A DNA stretch of 64,000 nt from Candidatus Hydrogenedentota bacterium (GTDB lineage Bacteria > Hydrogenedentota > Hydrogenedentia > Hydrogenedentales > SLHB01), in NCBI GenBank assembly GCA_045863295.1, contig BTWA01000018.1, positions 50,170-114,169 of the forward strand, in the 5' to 3' direction. The notes below the pieces were generated by a model that was given only the letters and a program-made list of their open reading frames with translations, searched no databases and was not told where the DNA came from. The position numbers were made by a program, and so were the translations under genes. The stretch's first letter is position 1. Each line of letters opens with the position of its first letter. Below are positions 60,604 to 64,000 of this stretch, in pieces.

Positions 60604-61746
60604 CTAGCGGGACACCGTAAACGAACGAATCGCACGGACCACCCGGCCCTGGTCTGTCCGCTCCATGTCGTTGTAAAACGGAAGCCGGATCAACCGGTCC
60701 GAAATATCCTCCGTCACCGGGCATTGCCCCGCCTTGCCGCCAAACGAACGGCCCATCGGCGACAAATGCAACGGAAGATAGTGAAACACCGACAAAATCC
60801 CCTTCGACTTCAAATACTCGATCAACGCGTCCCGGCTCTCCGGTGTCGGCATGATCATGTAAAACATGTGATAGGCCTGGCTGCAATGGGCAGGCACATG
60901 CGGCAACTTCACCCCCTGGCCGCCTGCCCACTCGCCCAAATTCTTGAAATAGTAATCCCAAATCGCCTTCCGGTTCCGGCAAATCGTCTTGTGCGCCTCC
61001 AACTGCGCATACAAAAACGCCGCCAGCACGTCCGAAGGCAAGAAGCTCGACCCCACATCCACCCAGTTATATTTGTCCACCATCCCCCTGAAAAACTGCG
61101 ATCGGTTTGTCCCCTTCTCCCGGATAATCTCCGCACGCTCAATGTACCGGGGATCGTTGATCAGCAGCGCGCCCCCCTCGCCGCACGTGAAATTCTTCGT
61201 CTCGTGAAAACTCAACGTCGCCATGCACCCCAGCGTGCCCAGCTTCCGCCCCTTGTACCTCCCGAACAGTCCGTGCGCATTGTCCTCGATCACGGCCACC
61301 CCGTGCGCCGAAGCGGTCTTAAGAATACTGTCCATCTCGCACGCAACGCCCGCGTAATGCACCGCCACTATCGCCTTCGTCTTCCCCGTGATCGCCGCCC
61401 TAAGCTTGCGCTCGTCCAGGTTCAACGTGTCCCGCCGGATATCCACAAACACCGGCTTCACGCCGCGCAATACATACGCGTTCACCGAAGAAACGAACGT
61501 GAACGAGGGCACAATCACCTCGTCCCCCGGTTTCAAATCCAGCAAAAGCGCCGTCATCTCCAGCGCGTCCGTGCACGACGTCGTCAACAACGCCCGGCGA
61601 ACCCCAAGCCTCTCCTGAAAAAAATCCTGGCAACGGTGCGTAAACACCGCATCACCGGAAATCTTCCCCGAACTCAAGGCCTCCGCGATGTACACCAACT
61701 CCTTGCCAGCAAAACAAGGACGATTGAATGGAACGTGATATTTCAT
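60604..61746 (-). CDS. wecE: dTDP-4-amino-4,6-dideoxygalactose transaminase (DegT family)
   Basis: LLTTSCTDALEM, VHYAGVACEMD, EDNAH, SFHETKN..CGEGG, EKGTNR, VDKYNWVDVGSS, FHYLPLH. Confidence 0.93.
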   Translation of the reverse strand: MKYHVPFNRPCFAGKELVYIAEALSSGKISGDAVFTHRCQDFFQERLGVRRALLTTSCTDALEMTALLLDLKPGDEVIVPSFTFVSSVNAYVLRGVKPVFVDIRRDTLNLDERKLRAAITGKTKAIVAVHYAGVACEMDSILKTASAHGVAVIEDNAHGLFGRYKGRKLGTLGCMATLSFHETKNFTCGEGGALLINDPRYIERAEIIREKGTNRSQFFRGMVDKYNWVDVGSSFLPSDVLAAFLYAQLEAHKTICRNRKAIWDYYFKNLGEWAGGQGVKLPHVPAHCSQAYHMFYMIMPTPESRDALIEYLKSKGILSVFHYLPLHLSPMGRSFGGKAGQCPVTEDISDRLIRLPFYNDMERTDQGRVVRAIRSFTVSR

Positions 61747-62537
61747 TTCTTTTTAAACACAAAGAGCTTCTGTGTTCCGTAGTCGCCATACGCTGGCAGC
61801 ATGGAGAAGAATCGGTTCCACTCCATATTGGGATTCGCTACATTCGACGTATCGCCAAGAAACTGTGCAAGCAGGGGTTTGAGCACTCTGGTTCCAATGA
61901 AGTAGGTACTGGCGAAGTTCACAACATCCACAAATTCAAGGTCTGGACACGCCGTCTTGACGGCCTCTTCGTCAAGATAGTGATTGAACTGCGGCATGGG
62001 TATTGCCGGCAATCCCCACTCGGCGCGAAACGCATTCATCTTGTTCCAGCCCTGCAATGTTGCTTCCGAAAACATTACGATTCCACCCGGTTTTACAACC
62101 CTCGCGCATTCGCGAATCCCTTTGACTTGGTTGTCCCAGGTTTCAAGATTAATTAGCACTCGGATGGCGATTGCGACGTCAAACTGTGACGATTCGCATT
62201 GCAGTGATGTTATATCACCCACATCGAACCGAACATTGCCGAGAAGGTTTCCATCCATGCGTTTGAGGCGTTCCTTGGCGGCATCGATCATTTGAGGGAT
62301 GTAGTCGAGTCCGAGTATGTCCACAGACCTGGATGCCGCGAACTGGACTGTGGAGAAACCATTCGCGCAGCCTACATCAAGCACCTTGTCTCCGTCTTTG
62401 ATGCGCGAAATGATCTCGCGAATCTCCAGGTCCATAACAGGCGTATCAGACCATGATGCTACCGGCGATTCGCCATGCTCCAGCGCTTGCTGTTCCCAAA
62501 ACTGCTTGATTTGTGCCAACGTGTACTTTGTTGTCAT
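61743..62537 (-). CDS. Class I SAM-dependent methyltransferase
   Basis: VLDVGCANG, GLD, FDVGDI, RVVKPGG. Confidence 0.88.
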   Translation of the reverse strand: MTTKYTLAQIKQFWEQQALEHGESPVASWSDTPVMDLEIREIISRIKDGDKVLDVGCANGFSTVQFAASRSVDILGLDYIPQMIDAAKERLKRMDGNLLGNVRFDVGDITSLQCESSQFDVAIAIRVLINLETWDNQVKGIRECARVVKPGGIVMFSEATLQGWNKMNAFRAEWGLPAIPMPQFNHYLDEEAVKTACPDLEFVDVVNFASTYFIGTRVLKPLLAQFLGDTSNVANPNMEWNRFFSMLPAYGDYGTQKLFVFKKK

Positions 62538-62572
62538 TTCATTCGTTCCCAATTCAGTGGCGATTTCGCCGC

Positions 62573-63517
62573 TCAGTTTTGTGCCTGGTTTTCGATATCG
62601 TTGCGTAAAGTCACTTTTACGACATATGAAGGCTTGTCCATGAGGCGAAAGTGCATTCGGGCAAGGTACTGACCCATGATGCCAAGCGTAAAAAGCTGTG
62701 TACCCGAGAATATGGCAACTATGGACGCCAGGAATGGAAAACCTGGTATTGGCGTGCCCTGAAGTGTAAAGCGTATAAGGACATAGACCAGAACAAGAAC
62801 CCCAAAAATGGTGAAGCCGAATCCGAGTAAGGATGCAAATTCAAGCGGCATCGTACTGAAACCTGTGATCATATTGACCGCATGTATGACCAACTTTCTA
62901 AACGTGTAGTTTGAGACGCCAATGTGGCGAGGTTCGTGCCTGACTTTTATTGCCTTAAACTTGGTCGTCGCCCAAGTCAGAAGTATGTCAATCGAAATGA
63001 AGGGGCTTTGGTAAGTCACAAATGCATCGCGCAAATGGGTTCGAAATGCTCTAAATGCACATACATTTCTCGCTACCTCTGTACCCATGGCGCTCCCAAG
63101 TGCAAACTTGGTTATTTGAGACGCTAGATCGCGTAAGAATCCATGTTGCTCGTTTTGTGGAGTGCCATAGACAACGTCTACGTCAACGGTCAAGGCAGCC
63201 AGTAAAGTTGGAATCTCTTCCGGTGGGTGTTGGAGGTCGTCGTCGATTGTCACGACAGTGTCAAATCTTGCGTGGCGAATTCCGCACAAGAGAGCATTGT
63301 GTTGTCCATAGTTTCTCATCAGTGAAATTCCGCAAACCCACGGATGTTCACCGCAAATTTCGCCAATGATTCCCCAACTATTGTCTCGGCTTGAATCGTT
63401 TACCAGGATTAGCTCGTACTCTTGGTGGCATCCCTCAAGGACCGGGTGTAGTCTTTCGACCAAAGGCTTCAATGAGCCTTCGCTGTTGTATACAGGGATG
63501 ACAACAGATATCCCCAT
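62573..63517 (-). CDS. GT2 polyprenyl-phosphate glycosyltransferase (ArnC/GtrB-like)
   Basis: ISVVIPVYN, VNDSSRD, RNYGQHNA, IDDDLQHPPEEI, two C-terminal TMs. Confidence 0.92.
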   Translation of the reverse strand: MGISVVIPVYNSEGSLKPLVERLHPVLEGCHQEYELILVNDSSRDNSWGIIGEICGEHPWVCGISLMRNYGQHNALLCGIRHARFDTVVTIDDDLQHPPEEIPTLLAALTVDVDVVYGTPQNEQHGFLRDLASQITKFALGSAMGTEVARNVCAFRAFRTHLRDAFVTYQSPFISIDILLTWATTKFKAIKVRHEPRHIGVSNYTFRKLVIHAVNMITGFSTMPLEFASLLGFGFTIFGVLVLVYVLIRFTLQGTPIPGFPFLASIVAIFSGTQLFTLGIMGQYLARMHFRLMDKPSYVVKVTLRNDIENQAQN

Positions 63518-63832
63518 GCATTGCTCCTTATCCAGCGTGGCGTGTGCAGCACACGCCACGGCACCCGTGATCTGATAAGTAATGAATCCTTCCCAAGTGT
63601 TTGTGTTATAGCAAATTACAGGACATTTATCCAAGCAACTCGACCCAAATCCAAGGGTAAGTTTCAGAAGATTGGGCCGACCCACTGCGGCCCATGGTGC
63701 CTTGCTGCGGAGCGTGAAGTTCAGACGTACTATTCGCAAGCTGCAAATATGCAATCGGCCGTATGTTCCAGTGCAACGACAATGCAACCGCCTGTCGTGC
63801 CTTGCAGGAAACTCCTAGGGTTGCCGGGGAAA

Positions 63833-63857
63833 GTGCAACAACTTTGCCTAAATAGGT
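63833..63857 (+). promoter_or_regulatory. Conserved motif GTGCAACA-N10-AATARGT, copy 3 (upstream of host ORF at 63904)
   Basis: GTGCAACAACTTTGCCTAAATAGGT, ending 46 nt before the ATG. Confidence 0.6.
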
Positions 63858-63903
63858 AGTAGGAACGATCTAAATCATGGCCTGTCTCGTGAGGTGCACT
63901 TTC

Positions 63904-64000
63904 ATGCGAAGAAATTGGGTTTATCTGTTCGTAATTCTGTTAATTGCACTCCTTGGTTTGGGTGTAGCGCCCCGTTACCTGGAGAATCTCAAGGTGGGGG
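63904..64000 (+). CDS. Start of an exported/membrane protein (3'-truncated by window edge)
   Basis: GAGGTG RBS. MRRNWVYLFVILLIALLGLGVAPRY... signal-anchor-like, open to the window end. Confidence 0.6.
   Translation, partial: MRRNWVYLFVILLIALLGLGVAPRYLENLKVG

Overview
Bacterial chromosomal window of about 58-60% GC by eye. The gene repertoire (DUF1501/PSD1 pair, V/A-type ATPase, many secreted CAZyme-like genes) suggests a PVC-like or Ca. Hydrogenedentota-like organism; that taxonomy is inference only. From left to right: the end of a V/A-type ATPase operon (C, F, A, B, D) with a PTS-EIIA gene; dapB/dapA; a GH98-like secreted protein; tRNA-Arg(ACG); a sialidase; an 11-gene chemosensory operon with two sigma54-type promoters next to an NtrC-family activator; a run of secreted hydrolases; DUF1501/PSD1; GH3-LysM; ubiB-like; nadE; two DinB genes; a compact 8.8 kb phage-structural cassette (51609-60442); and a cell-surface sugar cluster (wecE, methyltransferase, GT2). 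The best novelty candidate is the cassette. It encodes portal, prohead protease, a LigD-phosphoesterase-like/scaffold fusion, decoration protein, major capsid, adaptor, Dit-like, hub-like, baseplate/fibre-like, M15 endolysin and holin. It has no integrase, repressor, replication genes, terminase, tail tube or tape measure. A GTGCAACA-N10-AATARGT motif precedes both of its apparent transcription units and also a host gene at the window end. Together these point to a domesticated, host-regulated gene-transfer-agent-like particle system. A second highlight is a CheA carrying four MshEN-type c-di-GMP-binding-like motifs. All family calls come from recognising motifs by eye; no searches were run.
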